From positions 64,001 to 128,000 of the forward strand of contig JAOPTW010000014.1 of NCBI GenBank assembly GCA_051532035.1: a stretch of 64,000 nt of DNA. The letters are read 5' to 3'. The notes under the pieces are model-generated. The model was not told the DNA's origin. It ran no database searches and saw only the letters and a list, made by a program, of their open reading frames with translations. Positions 1 to 9,832 of the stretch are shown here, in pieces (position 1 is the first letter of the stretch; every line of letters begins with the position of its first letter). This DNA is from Fibrobacterales bacterium. GTDB taxonomy: Bacteria > Fibrobacterota > Fibrobacteria > Fibrobacterales > JAOPTW01. Made by a program: the position numbers and the translations under genes.

Positions 1-1564
1 CCATCTTTGTGTCTGCTATTTCACTATTAGCATTCTGCACCTCTTTTGAAGAGTGCAGTAAATTTTCTGCAATTTCATTTGAGGCCAGCGTTGTTTGACT
101 CACGCTTTCAGAAATCCCCGTAAGAACACGTTGCTGTTGCTCGATAGTTTCATATACTGATTGTGAGCTCTCACTTACCCCACCAATCATCTCTTTTACC
201 TCGGTAAATGATGAGAGGGTACCAGAAATTTCGTCTTGCATCGAGGAGATCTGCAGCTGTATCTGCTCAGTCGCCTCCGCAGTCTGTTTTGCAAGCTCCT
301 TTACTTCACTTGCCACCACTGAAAACCCTTTACCGGCCTCCCCAGCAGATGCCGCCTCAATAGTCGCATTCAGGGCAAGTAAATTGGTCTGATCTGCAAT
401 ACTATTAATCACCGCTATAATTTTTCCAATCTCTTGTGATGCCGCACTCAAGCCCACCATTTTAGAATGCGATATATCAACCTTTTCTGTCGCACTTCTT
501 GAAAGGTCCGACTCTTTGCGAGTAACCTCTTTAACTTCGGTAATCGAATTACTAAACTCACCTACAGCACTTGCAATACTATTTATAGAAGTCGATAACT
601 CCTCCACACCTGCCGACACACTTGTTACTTTATCAGTAATTACGATATTACTATTCAACAGCCGATCCATTTGCTCAGCAACACTCAGAGTCTCATTTTT
701 AAGCAGTTGGGCAATCCCCTGCAGCTCACCAGAACAGGCAATAACTGACGAGGAAGTAGCAAATGTATTACGGAGTACTGACCGGAAATTAAGAATCATA
801 TTATTCAGCTGCCGACCCATTGTCTGTAATTCGTCCGTACCACTAAAAACTACTGTTTTTGAAAAGTCCCCTTCACTAACCTGTTTATTAAAATTGGATA
901 CTCGCTCTACAGGTCTCGATATTGCTCTGAACATCAAAAAGGTGATAACAAATGACCCGAAAAGAACAAAGGATACTATTATCAGGGGTACTACTATTGC
1001 AGAGTTCTCAACCTCAAGCACATTTCCAAATTGTTCCTTAAGTAAGGCTTTCTGCATCTCCTCTACCACTTCTAATCGCTGTACTAAATTAGCGGCATAG
1101 GGGTCAAATTTTTCCATGTACACATTACCCGCATCAGTACCTTCACTAATATAGGTATGGGCCATTTTTTTACCCACCTCATAAAAGCCACCAAAGGCCG
1201 CTTCCAGTGAGTCCACAGCCATAAGAGCTGAAGGCTTATTCATCGTCAACAAAAGCTTTCGTGCACCCTTTACCTTTATCTTAAAATCTTTAGCATACGT
1301 TTCAGCCTCGTCAAATCCATCATCAAACCCAGGCTTCCCTCGAGTTGCAGAGATATCAGTGAGCCACTGTTGTACTTGAATAATATCCAATTTCACATCT
1401 ACTATTAAGGGATATAGCTCAAGACTTTCATGCTCTATTTTATGAGTAAAGTAATTTACCTTTTGCGCATAGTAGCGACCTATCACCATAGAGAAGAGTG
1501 TAGCCAGTAAAAAACTAGCCACTATAATTAACACTTTAAATTTCAGAGAAATATTATTTAACAT
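1..1564 (-). CDS. Methyl-accepting chemotaxis protein (3' end runs off the window)
   Basis: Not in the ORF track. Manual translation from ATG 1564 gives [22 protein letters not shown] (TM helix), a periplasmic [22 protein letters not shown] segment and the MCP hairpin tip [35 protein letters not shown]. Confidence 0.93.
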   Translation of the reverse strand, partial: MLNNISLKFKVLIIVASFLLATLFSMVIGRYYAQKVNYFTHKIEHESLELYPLIVDVKLDIIQVQQWLTDISATRGKPGFDDGFDEAETYAKDFKIKVKGARKLLLTMNKPSALMAVDSLEAAFGGFYEVGKKMAHTYISEGTDAGNVYMEKFDPYAANLVQRLEVVEEMQKALLKEQFGNVLEVENSAIVVPLIIVSFVLFGSFVITFLMFRAISRPVERVSNFNKQVSEGDFSKTVVFSGTDELQTMGRQLNNMILNFRSVLRNTFATSSSVIACSGELQGIAQLLKNETLSVAEQMDRLLNSNIVITDKVTSVSAGVEELSTSINSIASAVGEFSNSITEVKEVTRKESDLSRSATEKVDISHSKMVGLSAASQEIGKIIAVINSIADQTNLLALNATIEAASAGEAGKGFSVVASEVKELAKQTAEATEQIQLQISSMQDEISGTLSSFTEVKEMIGGVSESSQSVYETIEQQQRVLTGISESVSQTTLASNEIAENLLHSSKEVQNANSEIADTKM

Positions 1565-1715
1565 TATTCACCCATTCATTCCTGTTTCACCCTTAATTAT
1601 ATCATCAATTATTCATATGAACCATTCATTTTTATCACAACTCTTACATCTTTACAAGTTCACACTCAATACCATACGCTCAAAAGTCAAAATATAGGTT
1701 CCAGGATTTCGTACA

Positions 1716-3587
1716 CTAGGCTTCAGACCAAATAGGCTCTGTAAATTGCGGGAGAGCAGCCACATATTCACCTCTTTCAATCCGCTTTTTTTCGCCATGT
1801 ATAACAATTTCGATATCATGTACCGCTTGATCCAGTAATCCCACCTGAGCATAGAGTTCCTCTGAAGCCGCCGCTGATTCCTCTGACGTTGATGAGTTTC
1901 CTTGAGCAACTATCTCTATTTCAGCGATATTCTTCCTAATTTCTTCTATGGTATTTACTTGAGATTCAGAACTTTTTGCAACAGTAACAAACCGCTCAGC
2001 AACCGACCGAGAACTGAGCTCTATCTCGTCTATTATCTCTGATGCTTGAGTTGATAGAGCCGCCCCTCTTTCAGCAAATCCTTTGGATTGATTAAGAAGT
2101 TCTGTCGTTTGCTTTACCGACTCAGCAGCTTTTTGCGCAAGACTGCGCACCTCTTCAGCAACTACAGCAAAACCCTTACCTGCCTCTCCAGCACGAGCCG
2201 CCTCTACCGCAGCATTCAGTGCTAATAAATTTGTCTGGAAAGCAATTTCATTTATGGTATTTACAATACCACCAGTCTTAACCGAGGAGTCATACATATC
2301 TTTAACAGCTTGAGTCAAGTCCTCAACTGCCTCTTTCCCCTCTTGAGTACGAAGGCCATTGTGTTTAATTATCCCTGTAACCTCCTGTACCTCTTTGGCC
2401 GACTCCTGTACATTGGCCGAAAGGTGATCAATACTTTGAGTAAACTCCTCAATATTTGCAGATTGTTCGACAACTCCCTGTGCTATATTTTGACTCGAGC
2501 TCGATATCTCTTCACTCATAGAAGTAACGCATCCAGATATCTCCCCAAGCCTAACCGAACTACTCAAAAGTTGAGACACAATAGAGCGACTCATAAACAA
2601 CGCAACTCCTATGGCTATAAAAGCAGCGACACCCATAGAAACAAACAAAGCATAGGTGAGACTTTCAAGCGAACCCGTAAAATCATCAAGATAACTCCCT
2701 GATACAATGATCCAATCAAGAGGCTCATAATAGGTATAGGCAACAACTTTTTCTTTACCATTCCACTCATAGAGCGTTACACCACTTTTTTTAGCACACA
2801 TTTCTTGAATAAATGGATACTTAATGAGACTCTCACCCTCTTTTGATGGATGCATAGCCAAGACACCCTTTGAGTCCATCACATACATATACCCTGTCTC
2901 CCCCACCTTTTGAGCCAGCACCTTCTCTCGAAAGCAATCTTTCACATATTGAAAGCCCTGCATATCTACTAGATCATCATAATAAGCACTCACCCCTATT
3001 ATCCATTGATGCTCAGGTACATGAATCAATGCAGCTACTTTTTCTCTCGCTCTTACTTCGCCACTATTTTTCCAGTTATAAGGCTTGAGCGCCACTTCAT
3101 TTGGCCCCAACCCCTTACCCAATGCAACCATCTCTTGTATAACAAAAGCCCCATCCGCATCCTTCACCTTACTGATATCTTTTCCATCGGCAGAGCGCCC
3201 TTTACTCACCACATACTTTCCATTATAGTCAATAGCGAACACATACCCAGAGCTCCCTACCACAATTGAAGCGAGCCTATCCTTTAATGCATCAGGGTTT
3301 TCTAATGTCTGATCAACTATTTGACTTACCAGAAGCGCTTGTTGCCGCACAATAAGCTGTGCCTGATTTTTAGACTCATTCATTTGGCCTGATACTCCCG
3401 TAAGGTCCTTATCAAGCATCTCAGAATAATACTCCACCTGACTAAGTAATTTATCCTCTACTTGCTCGAAAAGTGCCTCCTTAGAATTAAAGTAACTGAT
3501 AATTCCAAGGGCAAGCAGTGGCACCACCGCAAAGAGAACGGAAGAGATCATTAATTTATTTTTAAGTGAAAGACTAGATAAGTGCAT
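1716..3587 (-). CDS. Methyl-accepting chemotaxis protein with two Cache-type sensor domains
   Basis: N-terminal TM; two GYxF/Y..D..G Cache segments ([32 protein letters not shown]); second [36 protein letters not shown]. Confidence 0.95.
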   Translation of the reverse strand: MHLSSLSLKNKLMISSVLFAVVPLLALGIISYFNSKEALFEQVEDKLLSQVEYYSEMLDKDLTGVSGQMNESKNQAQLIVRQQALLVSQIVDQTLENPDALKDRLASIVVGSSGYVFAIDYNGKYVVSKGRSADGKDISKVKDADGAFVIQEMVALGKGLGPNEVALKPYNWKNSGEVRAREKVAALIHVPEHQWIIGVSAYYDDLVDMQGFQYVKDCFREKVLAQKVGETGYMYVMDSKGVLAMHPSKEGESLIKYPFIQEMCAKKSGVTLYEWNGKEKVVAYTYYEPLDWIIVSGSYLDDFTGSLESLTYALFVSMGVAAFIAIGVALFMSRSIVSQLLSSSVRLGEISGCVTSMSEEISSSSQNIAQGVVEQSANIEEFTQSIDHLSANVQESAKEVQEVTGIIKHNGLRTQEGKEAVEDLTQAVKDMYDSSVKTGGIVNTINEIAFQTNLLALNAAVEAARAGEAGKGFAVVAEEVRSLAQKAAESVKQTTELLNQSKGFAERGAALSTQASEIIDEIELSSRSVAERFVTVAKSSESQVNTIEEIRKNIAEIEIVAQGNSSTSEESAAASEELYAQVGLLDQAVHDIEIVIHGEKKRIERGEYVAALPQFTEPIWSEA

Positions 3588-3758
3588 ATCGTCACCGTTA
3601 TTTGGGATTTAACCCATTGTAACATGCTTACTTTTTAATATGCCACATCTAAAAGATTGTTTTTACTTTTTTTAGTCAAGTTTCTAGACTATAGTATACA
3701 ATCTTGACGCTGTAAGATCAAAATTCACAATACTGATCAGCCAAAAAAGAGGGTCGCG

Positions 3759-4604
3759 CTATTTTTTAATAAAACGAACCAAGACACTTATCACAAACCA
3801 ACAGAACCCAACCAATACAATTGTTGCCCCCGTCGCCGTTTGAGCCCATGATTGAGCAGATATTAAGAGCCCCACAACTGCCGACGAGACACTAATGAGC
3901 AACGACCACCAATACATAACGCCCGCAGACCGAGAGAGGTTACGCGCCGCCGCAGCAGGCAGTATCAACATTCCGGTCACCAAAAGTACACCCACCCACC
4001 AAACAGCACATATAACCACCAATGAAAGGAGCACCGCATAACTATACTGATAGAACGAGACTGTCACTCGATGCGTCTCAGCTAGAACTGGATTAAGCCC
4101 TACATATATGAGCCGATTAAAGCCAAACACCTGATAGAGAACCACTACAATAGCAAGTATTGAAAGCAACATAATATCAGAGTGACTTATTGTGAGAATA
4201 TCCCCATACAAAAACCGAGTTATATCAGCACCAATTGAGCGATCCCTGCTTACAATTGCAAGACCAAAGGCAAGTACTCCCGAGAAGAGCACCCCAATAA
4301 TAGTATCCGATTCTAGCAAGCTTTTCCTTTGAAGTGCCACAATACTCACCCCCACCACAACACCAAAAAGCGGCATAGTCCAATAGGGGTTCAAGCCAAA
4401 AAGCAACCCCAAAGCTACGCCCGTAAAAGCGGTATGACTAATCGCATCTGCATAAAAGGCCATTCGAAAATTGACCACTTGGACTCCCATCATTGCAGTC
4501 AAAGGAGCAAGTATCAACACACCAAGAAGCGCAAGTTGCATAAACTGCATATCCATGCCTGCAATAGGAAGAGATGCTAAAACAGAACACATCCACTCAA
4601 TCAT
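3759..4604 (-). CDS. Zn/Mn ABC transporter permease (ZnuB/ABC-3 family)
   Basis: Polytopic membrane protein with DAISHTAFTGVALG, FLYGDIL and LILPAAAAR motifs; overlaps the ATPase gene by 4 bp. Confidence 0.92.
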   Translation of the reverse strand: MIEWMCSVLASLPIAGMDMQFMQLALLGVLILAPLTAMMGVQVVNFRMAFYADAISHTAFTGVALGLLFGLNPYWTMPLFGVVVGVSIVALQRKSLLESDTIIGVLFSGVLAFGLAIVSRDRSIGADITRFLYGDILTISHSDIMLLSILAIVVVLYQVFGFNRLIYVGLNPVLAETHRVTVSFYQYSYAVLLSLVVICAVWWVGVLLVTGMLILPAAAARNLSRSAGVMYWWSLLISVSSAVVGLLISAQSWAQTATGATIVLVGFCWFVISVLVRFIKK

Positions 4605-5383
4605 ATTTCCTCCTTATGGTGTTGACAATCGTGACTATGCACCATACCATCTGAAGTAATAGCAGGACTTACCAATCCCATATGTGCACCAAAAATAGTA
4701 GTGAGCACCTCTTGAGTGAGCACTTCATGTGGCGCACCTTCCGCAGCCACCTCTTTATTTAAGCAGATTACATGAGTAGCATGATTACTTACAGTCCCCA
4801 AATCATGACTAACCATAAGTTGAGTATACCCCCGTTCTCTCCGCTGTGTTTCGAGTATTTCACAAAACAGAAGTTCGCCATGTGGATCTACCCCAGCTGC
4901 TGGCTCATCAAGAATTAACAACTGAGGTTCTTGCTGTAGGGCTAGAGCAAGCAACACTCGCTGGAGCTCCCCGCCTGACAATTCCCCAAGCCGCCTCTCC
5001 GCCAGATGCCCCGCCTTCACAGAATTCAGAAGATCCAAAGCATCACTGCGTACCGTTTTTTTAATCCCCAACCACAAAGGTCTTCGCTGCTGCCCCATGG
5101 CCAAACATTCAATCACTTGTAAAGGAATGCCTCTATCAAAGTGGAGTCGCTGCGGCACATAGCCAATTCTTGGCCTCTGCCCTGACCCACCATGAGAGTA
5201 TTCTATTAAGCCGTCGTAAGGCACCTCCCCCAAAATAGCTTTGAGGAGTGTGGTCTTACCGGCGCCATTAGGGCCAATTATAGCAGTCGACCCACCCACA
5301 GGTATAGTTGCCGAAACATTCTTAAGTATCGACACCCCATGAAGATTGATTGACACATTTTCAAGGCTCACAGCGATACTCAT
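4601..5383 (-). CDS. Zn/Mn ABC transporter ATP-binding protein (ZnuC family)
   Basis: GPNGAGKTT Walker A, IGYVPQ, LSGGELQR signature, LILDEP, SHD; His/Cys-rich tail. Confidence 0.94.
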   Translation of the reverse strand: MSIAVSLENVSINLHGVSILKNVSATIPVGGSTAIIGPNGAGKTTLLKAILGEVPYDGLIEYSHGGSGQRPRIGYVPQRLHFDRGIPLQVIECLAMGQQRRPLWLGIKKTVRSDALDLLNSVKAGHLAERRLGELSGGELQRVLLALALQQEPQLLILDEPAAGVDPHGELLFCEILETQRRERGYTQLMVSHDLGTVSNHATHVICLNKEVAAEGAPHEVLTQEVLTTIFGAHMGLVSPAITSDGMVHSHDCQHHKEEI

Positions 5384-6375
5384 TAATGAGCCTCTTCAGT
5401 TATAACAATGACTTCATTCAAGCGTTTCATATTTCGAGCATACCGTTTGTAATAACCGAGTACCTCATTTTGAGAAATAGTCTGGGGAGTCGATTCCCAC
5501 TGTATAGCAGGCACTGACACTTCACGAGAAAGGGTTTCTAATACCTCTGAGGGCATCTCCTTTTCAACAAAGAGTGCATTTACCGTCTGCCCCTTCAACT
5601 GATCAATCAACACTTTGAGTTCAGAAAGGGTTGGCCGCGCACCATCGTGTGCATGAAGCGTCCCCACAATAGTAATATTGAGATGTGGCAAAAGATATGC
5701 AAAAAGAGCATCTTGCGTGATAACACTAAAAGGCTTCGCACCACTCACCCTCTCAATTGTATTGAGAGCAACATGTCTTTGTTGGATACTATCGAGATTA
5801 GTCTGATAATTATTTGTATAGAGCGTGTCAATACGCATCAATGCTTTACCAATGCTCTGAGCACTATACAACCGCTCCATGGGTGAAAGCAAATAGTGTG
5901 CATTCGCTCTCTTAATTTCTCCCTCTTTATGGCCCAGATGATCATGGTGATCAGAATGAGATTCAGACAGCGCTTGGTCGATTCCTTCGTAATGCACCAA
6001 CGAATCAGGAATACCAGCACTCCCTTCAACAACATCGAGTTTAGGATATTGAGACAACACTTTATCAGTTATAAACATCTCCATGCCAAATCCATTGAGA
6101 ACCAACAGCTCACTCGTATTGAGAGTCATCATATTCTGAGGAGTAAGTACATAATTATGAGAGCACCCTTTATTTCCTGGAACAAGTAACTCCAAAGTAA
6201 TACCAGGTACGTCTTGTATTAATTCATTCACTAACTCATATACTGAATAGGTAGAAACTGTAATATGAAGTCGAGATTTTTTATTCGACTGAGCATCACT
6301 ACACTGTATCGTTGCCAGTGAGATTGACAGAATAAAAATTGAGAGTACTAATGTTCGAAAAACAACCACACACAA
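5383..6375 (-). CDS. Zn/Mn ABC transporter substrate-binding protein (ZnuA/TroA family)
   Basis: Signal peptide, GCSHNYVLTP, LNGFGME, His-rich loop SHSDHHDHLGH, NAHYLLSP; first gene of the ABC operon; exact start codon uncertain. Confidence 0.9.
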   Translation of the reverse strand: MCVVVFRTLVLSIFILSISLATIQCSDAQSNKKSRLHITVSTYSVYELVNELIQDVPGITLELLVPGNKGCSHNYVLTPQNMMTLNTSELLVLNGFGMEMFITDKVLSQYPKLDVVEGSAGIPDSLVHYEGIDQALSESHSDHHDHLGHKEGEIKRANAHYLLSPMERLYSAQSIGKALMRIDTLYTNNYQTNLDSIQQRHVALNTIERVSGAKPFSVITQDALFAYLLPHLNITIVGTLHAHDGARPTLSELKVLIDQLKGQTVNALFVEKEMPSEVLETLSREVSVPAIQWESTPQTISQNEVLGYYKRYARNMKRLNEVIVITEEAH

Positions 6376-6487
6376 CTCCTCATATAAAACTTATGCAATT
6401 GTAACTAGTTTTATAGATGATGGCAATATATTGCGAATGAGATAGAGCTCCTTCCAAAGAAAGTTACAAGGAGAAAACGACAACGAG

Positions 6488-6515
6488 CTAATAGGCGCCC
6501 TAAGGCACCCATTAG
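6488..6515 (-). terminator. Hairpin downstream of the histone-like gene (possible terminator)
   Basis: Minus strand CTAATGGGTGCC-tta-g-GGCGCCTATTAG, a long stem with G-U pairs just after the stop at 6523; U-tract weak. Confidence 0.5.
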
Positions 6516-6522
6516 ACGCTTT

Positions 6523-7140
6523 TTATTTTACAATTACAAGGTTGTTTAACCCTTGTTCAGATGATATTGCTGGTGCCGCAGGGTCGATTTCCCATGAAAC
6601 ACCTTCGAATACATATTTATACTGATGTTCACCCATCGGAAGTGAAACTTTTGTTGCCCACACACCGCTTTTAATTTTTTTCATTTTGAGCATTTCCCAA
6701 CCATTAAACGAACCCGCAAGATAGACATCTTTTGAATCAGGAGAATAGATCTCAAACGGAGTTGATTTAGTAGCGGTACTTGAAGATACTGGTTTTTTCG
6801 TCACGACTTTTCTAGTAACACTTTTTTTAGTCGCTACTTTTTTGACCGTAGTCTTGACTATTTTTTTCTCAGCAGCTTTTACTGTTTTTGTTACAGCTTT
6901 TTTGACGACCTTCTTTGCTGCTTTTGGAGCAACTTTCTTTACCGTTTTTTTAACAACTTTCTTAGTTACTTTCGGAACAACTTTTTTCACAACTTTTTTT
7001 ATTGCTTTTTTTATTGCTTTTTTTGTTGCTTTTTTTGTTGCTTTTTTTGTTGCCTTTGGGGCGGCTTTCTTTACTACTTTTTTTACAGCTTTTTTCACAA
7101 CTTTTTTTGTTGCTTTTTTGGCAGCTTTCTTAGTGGCCAT
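6523..7140 (-). CDS. Lys/Ala/Val-rich histone-H1-like protein fused to a C-terminal glycogen-binding (CBM48/AMPK-beta-like) domain
   Basis: About 115 aa of KKA/KKV/KKT repeats, then VYLAGSFNGW...GVW...LPMGEHQYKYVFEG.W..DP...NN, the early-set glycogen-binding pattern; GGAG RBS upstream. Confidence 0.85.
   Translation of the reverse strand: MATKKAAKKATKKVVKKAVKKVVKKAAPKATKKATKKATKKAIKKAIKKVVKKVVPKVTKKVVKKTVKKVAPKAAKKVVKKAVTKTVKAAEKKIVKTTVKKVATKKSVTRKVVTKKPVSSSTATKSTPFEIYSPDSKDVYLAGSFNGWEMLKMKKIKSGVWATKVSLPMGEHQYKYVFEGVSWEIDPAAPAISSEQGLNNLVIVK
6994..7053. repeat. Five tandem 12-bp units TTTTTTT(A/G)TTGC within the histone-like gene
   Basis: Read directly: 2x TTTTTTTATTGC plus 3x TTTTTTTGTTGC, encoding ATKK/AIKK on the minus strand. 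Confidence 0.9.
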
Positions 7141-7300
7141 TATATTCTCCTGGATAGAACTGAATATTACAAATGTACAGTAAGAAGTATATCAAAGTTT
7201 CCTAAAATAGCCAACCTTTAAAAAGCAGCCTTATAAATATATTTTCTTTTTAATCAAAGCCTACACTAGGTAAATTGTATATTATACACCTATTAAAAAA

Positions 7301-8092
7301 TCAGTTATCGAGGTTTTTCAATCGGAGTAACTGGAGCTGGCTTGATTCATGATAATATATTAACGCATTCATTACAGTCATGCTCATCTCATTTAGATCA
7401 ATGGGGTCCAGTACCATATCGCGAACCAACCCTTCATCGACTAAATCAAACACCATCAACTTGTCTTCTTCTTTCGCAGTAACCAATGAAACGATATGAG
7501 GGTATCGCTCAAGCACCTCTGACAAAAATTGTCGAATCGCATCCTTGTTATTAGAAAGATCAGTGATCATCACCCCATAGAAAGCATTTTCTAAGAGTTC
7601 TATAGCCTCATCAAAAGTAGATACTACAAAGATATTCTCTTTTTTATCATCAAAAATATTTTGAAGTTCACCATAAGAAAAATCTTCACCCACAAAAAGA
7701 ACATCAGACTGCTGTACATCTTCTCGATCACTCAACAAATCTTCCACTCGTTTCAGGATCAACTCTTTATTATAGGGTTTTTCAAGAAAGTCTCGCGCCC
7801 CCAGTCGCAAGCTATCAATTGCCATTTTAATTTCTGAGGTTGAAGAGAGCACCAACACCGGAATATCTTTATCGCGATTATTCAGGTTTCTAAGAAACTC
7901 AATGCCATCCATTTCGGGCATAATAAGATCGAGCAATATAATGTCAATAGAGTGTTCAGTTTCTAAAATTTCAAGAGCTTCTCTTCCATTGGCAGCCTCG
8001 AACACATGCTCAAAATCTTTTAATACTGTCGACCTCAATAATGTGCGATTTTGCGCAACATCTTCGACAATGAGAATGCGTGATTCTTCCAT
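7301..8092 (-). CDS. Response regulator, REC domain plus a degenerate second REC-like domain
   Basis: ILIVED, ILLDLIMPEMDG and DFLEKP in the first domain; second domain has VMITDL but lacks the canonical KP. Confidence 0.88.
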   Translation of the reverse strand: MEESRILIVEDVAQNRTLLRSTVLKDFEHVFEAANGREALEILETEHSIDIILLDLIMPEMDGIEFLRNLNNRDKDIPVLVLSSTSEIKMAIDSLRLGARDFLEKPYNKELILKRVEDLLSDREDVQQSDVLFVGEDFSYGELQNIFDDKKENIFVVSTFDEAIELLENAFYGVMITDLSNNKDAIRQFLSEVLERYPHIVSLVTAKEEDKLMVFDLVDEGLVRDMVLDPIDLNEMSMTVMNALIYYHESSQLQLLRLKNLDN

Positions 8093-8223
8093 TGGGTAAC
8101 CTCATATATACCTTATTATACTACCACACATTACGTTAAGAGTCAATATGGAGAATAGGATATATCTAAAAGCCAATATACCTTTCATTCTAAACGAGCA
8201 TGAGTGAGGATACACAAACCCTA

Positions 8224-9447
8224 TTACTCTTCGTCGAAGCCCCGAACCATATCTATTAAATTATGCCTTTGTAACTCACCCCGGCCTTCGGTCGCTGAAT
8301 AAAAATTTTGTCTATGATACGGAAGCGTATCCTTCGAAATGAGAGTATCTGAAGTAGAAAGCACCAACTCCCACTCTGGCCCTGTTGGTTCTGCGGGTGA
8401 TACCAAAATAAACATCACAGAAAATTGTGTCGGAGCACTCCCAAATTCAGGAACCCGTACTCCATTTTCTGCAATAATATCATCAATAGTCAGACTTACC
8501 AATGTGTCTGCCGTAAAGCAACTTCGAGTAGTATCGATTGCACTATATCGAAAATTTTGCGGTATCACAACATCAGGCACGGAATCTGACGGCAATAGCC
8601 CCATAAGATAGAGTTCTAAGGGAGCATACTGCACCATATTATTTGCAACACCACCAGTAGCAAACCTTTTAAAGCCAGATTGACCAGCAGCACAGTAGGT
8701 ACCACTATCCACCTCAACAAGTGTCTGCGGATCCCATCCCCCAAGATACCCTCCGACACCAAGAGTCCCCCAGTGACTTGTATTCGAAGATTCAATAACA
8801 TAATTAGACCAATTGTGGACAATTTCATGGAGAATTGGCCCTCTCAACAAATAGTTTCTCTGAGGAATATGTATATAACCTTGATATCGATTATTGACAA
8901 ACCCATTCTGCTCAAAGTTCCACGGCTGTTTCCCAATCCCTTCTGTAGTATTCTTCAAGTTTTTAAATGCAGCCCGATATCCGCAATCGCCACGTCGTTC
9001 AATATTATTTATAAATACTGCAAAATCAAAACTATCCAAAAACAGCTGGTGAAGCGGTTCCATAATCTCTTTCATAAAGCTGCGATCTATGGTAGAGCTG
9101 GCATTAAGATACATGTCACAATTCTCAAATCGCGCAAACCGAGCCGAGTCCACAACCATAGCAACCCCTTTACCTGAGGGATGCACAATCATTCTCACCG
9201 AATCTATCTCTCTATCCTCTTTTTTAGCAAGTGAGAATAGGAGTAAATCACCTTCTTCTCTTTGTATCCAACCCGAGTTGCCGTCACGGGTGATCTCACC
9301 CAAAGAACTACTCATTCCTGCCCCAGAAGATAACCCAATTATTGTATCGTTATTACTCGAAACGAGGGTAGTATTTTCAGTGCCGTAAAAGTCATTACTA
9401 CACCCTAATAAGAACAACACCATTAGCGCAACAACAGTAGTTTTCAT
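8224..9447 (-). CDS. Lipoprotein, putative zinc metallopeptidase
   Basis: Lipobox LLGC; GPILHEIVHNW (HExxH) followed by SHWG; LELYLMGL. Confidence 0.7.
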   Translation of the reverse strand: MKTTVVALMVLFLLGCSNDFYGTENTTLVSSNNDTIIGLSSGAGMSSSLGEITRDGNSGWIQREEGDLLLFSLAKKEDREIDSVRMIVHPSGKGVAMVVDSARFARFENCDMYLNASSTIDRSFMKEIMEPLHQLFLDSFDFAVFINNIERRGDCGYRAAFKNLKNTTEGIGKQPWNFEQNGFVNNRYQGYIHIPQRNYLLRGPILHEIVHNWSNYVIESSNTSHWGTLGVGGYLGGWDPQTLVEVDSGTYCAAGQSGFKRFATGGVANNMVQYAPLELYLMGLLPSDSVPDVVIPQNFRYSAIDTTRSCFTADTLVSLTIDDIIAENGVRVPEFGSAPTQFSVMFILVSPAEPTGPEWELVLSTSDTLISKDTLPYHRQNFYSATEGRGELQRHNLIDMVRGFDEE

Positions 9448-9704
9448 AATCCAAATCTATCCCGTTTCACTACAGAACTCTTTTTAGAAAAAGATCGTGC
9501 ATAACCATAGAGCCCTACCAATACCAGTATACCAATCCCTAGTAATCCATAAGCGGGCATAGTTGAAAAAAGAGAAAGTATTACCATAAGGGATACACAC
9601 ACAACTAATATAACGACCACCACTCTCAGTGATACTGCTGTAGCAGGCTCTTCACATAACTCATTTAAAAGATCATCTTTATTGGGCTTCATAGTATTTC
9701 TCAA
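9444..9704 (-). CDS. Small two-TM hypothetical membrane protein
   Basis: Two hydrophobic segments; stop overlaps the start of the next gene; true start may be ATG 9692. Confidence 0.65.
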   Translation of the reverse strand: MRNTMKPNKDDLLNELCEEPATAVSLRVVVVILVVCVSLMVILSLFSTMPAYGLLGIGILVLVGLYGYARSFSKKSSVVKRDRFGL

Positions 9705-9832
9705 TTCATTTTACCCCTAAACTATATTATTAGTTACTCAAAGTAGTGAGGATCTTATAATTTATGGTATTTTGAATGTTTTTTGATAGGTCTTACTATT
9801 CAACAATTCAATTTGAACAGTATTGAGTAGTA

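Noticed and set aside
516..1100. 194-aa plus-strand ORF
   Set aside because: Antisense shadow of the MCP encoded on the minus strand (1..1564).
6423..6434. Palindrome GCAATATATTGC upstream of the metal ABC operon as a Zur/Fur box
   Set aside because: Short and AT-rich, coincides with the TATATT promoter-like element, and lacks a convincing Fur-family consensus.
6842..7183. Phe-rich, membrane-looking 113-aa ORF
   Set aside because: Mirror of the Lys (AAA) repeats of the histone-like gene on the opposite strand.
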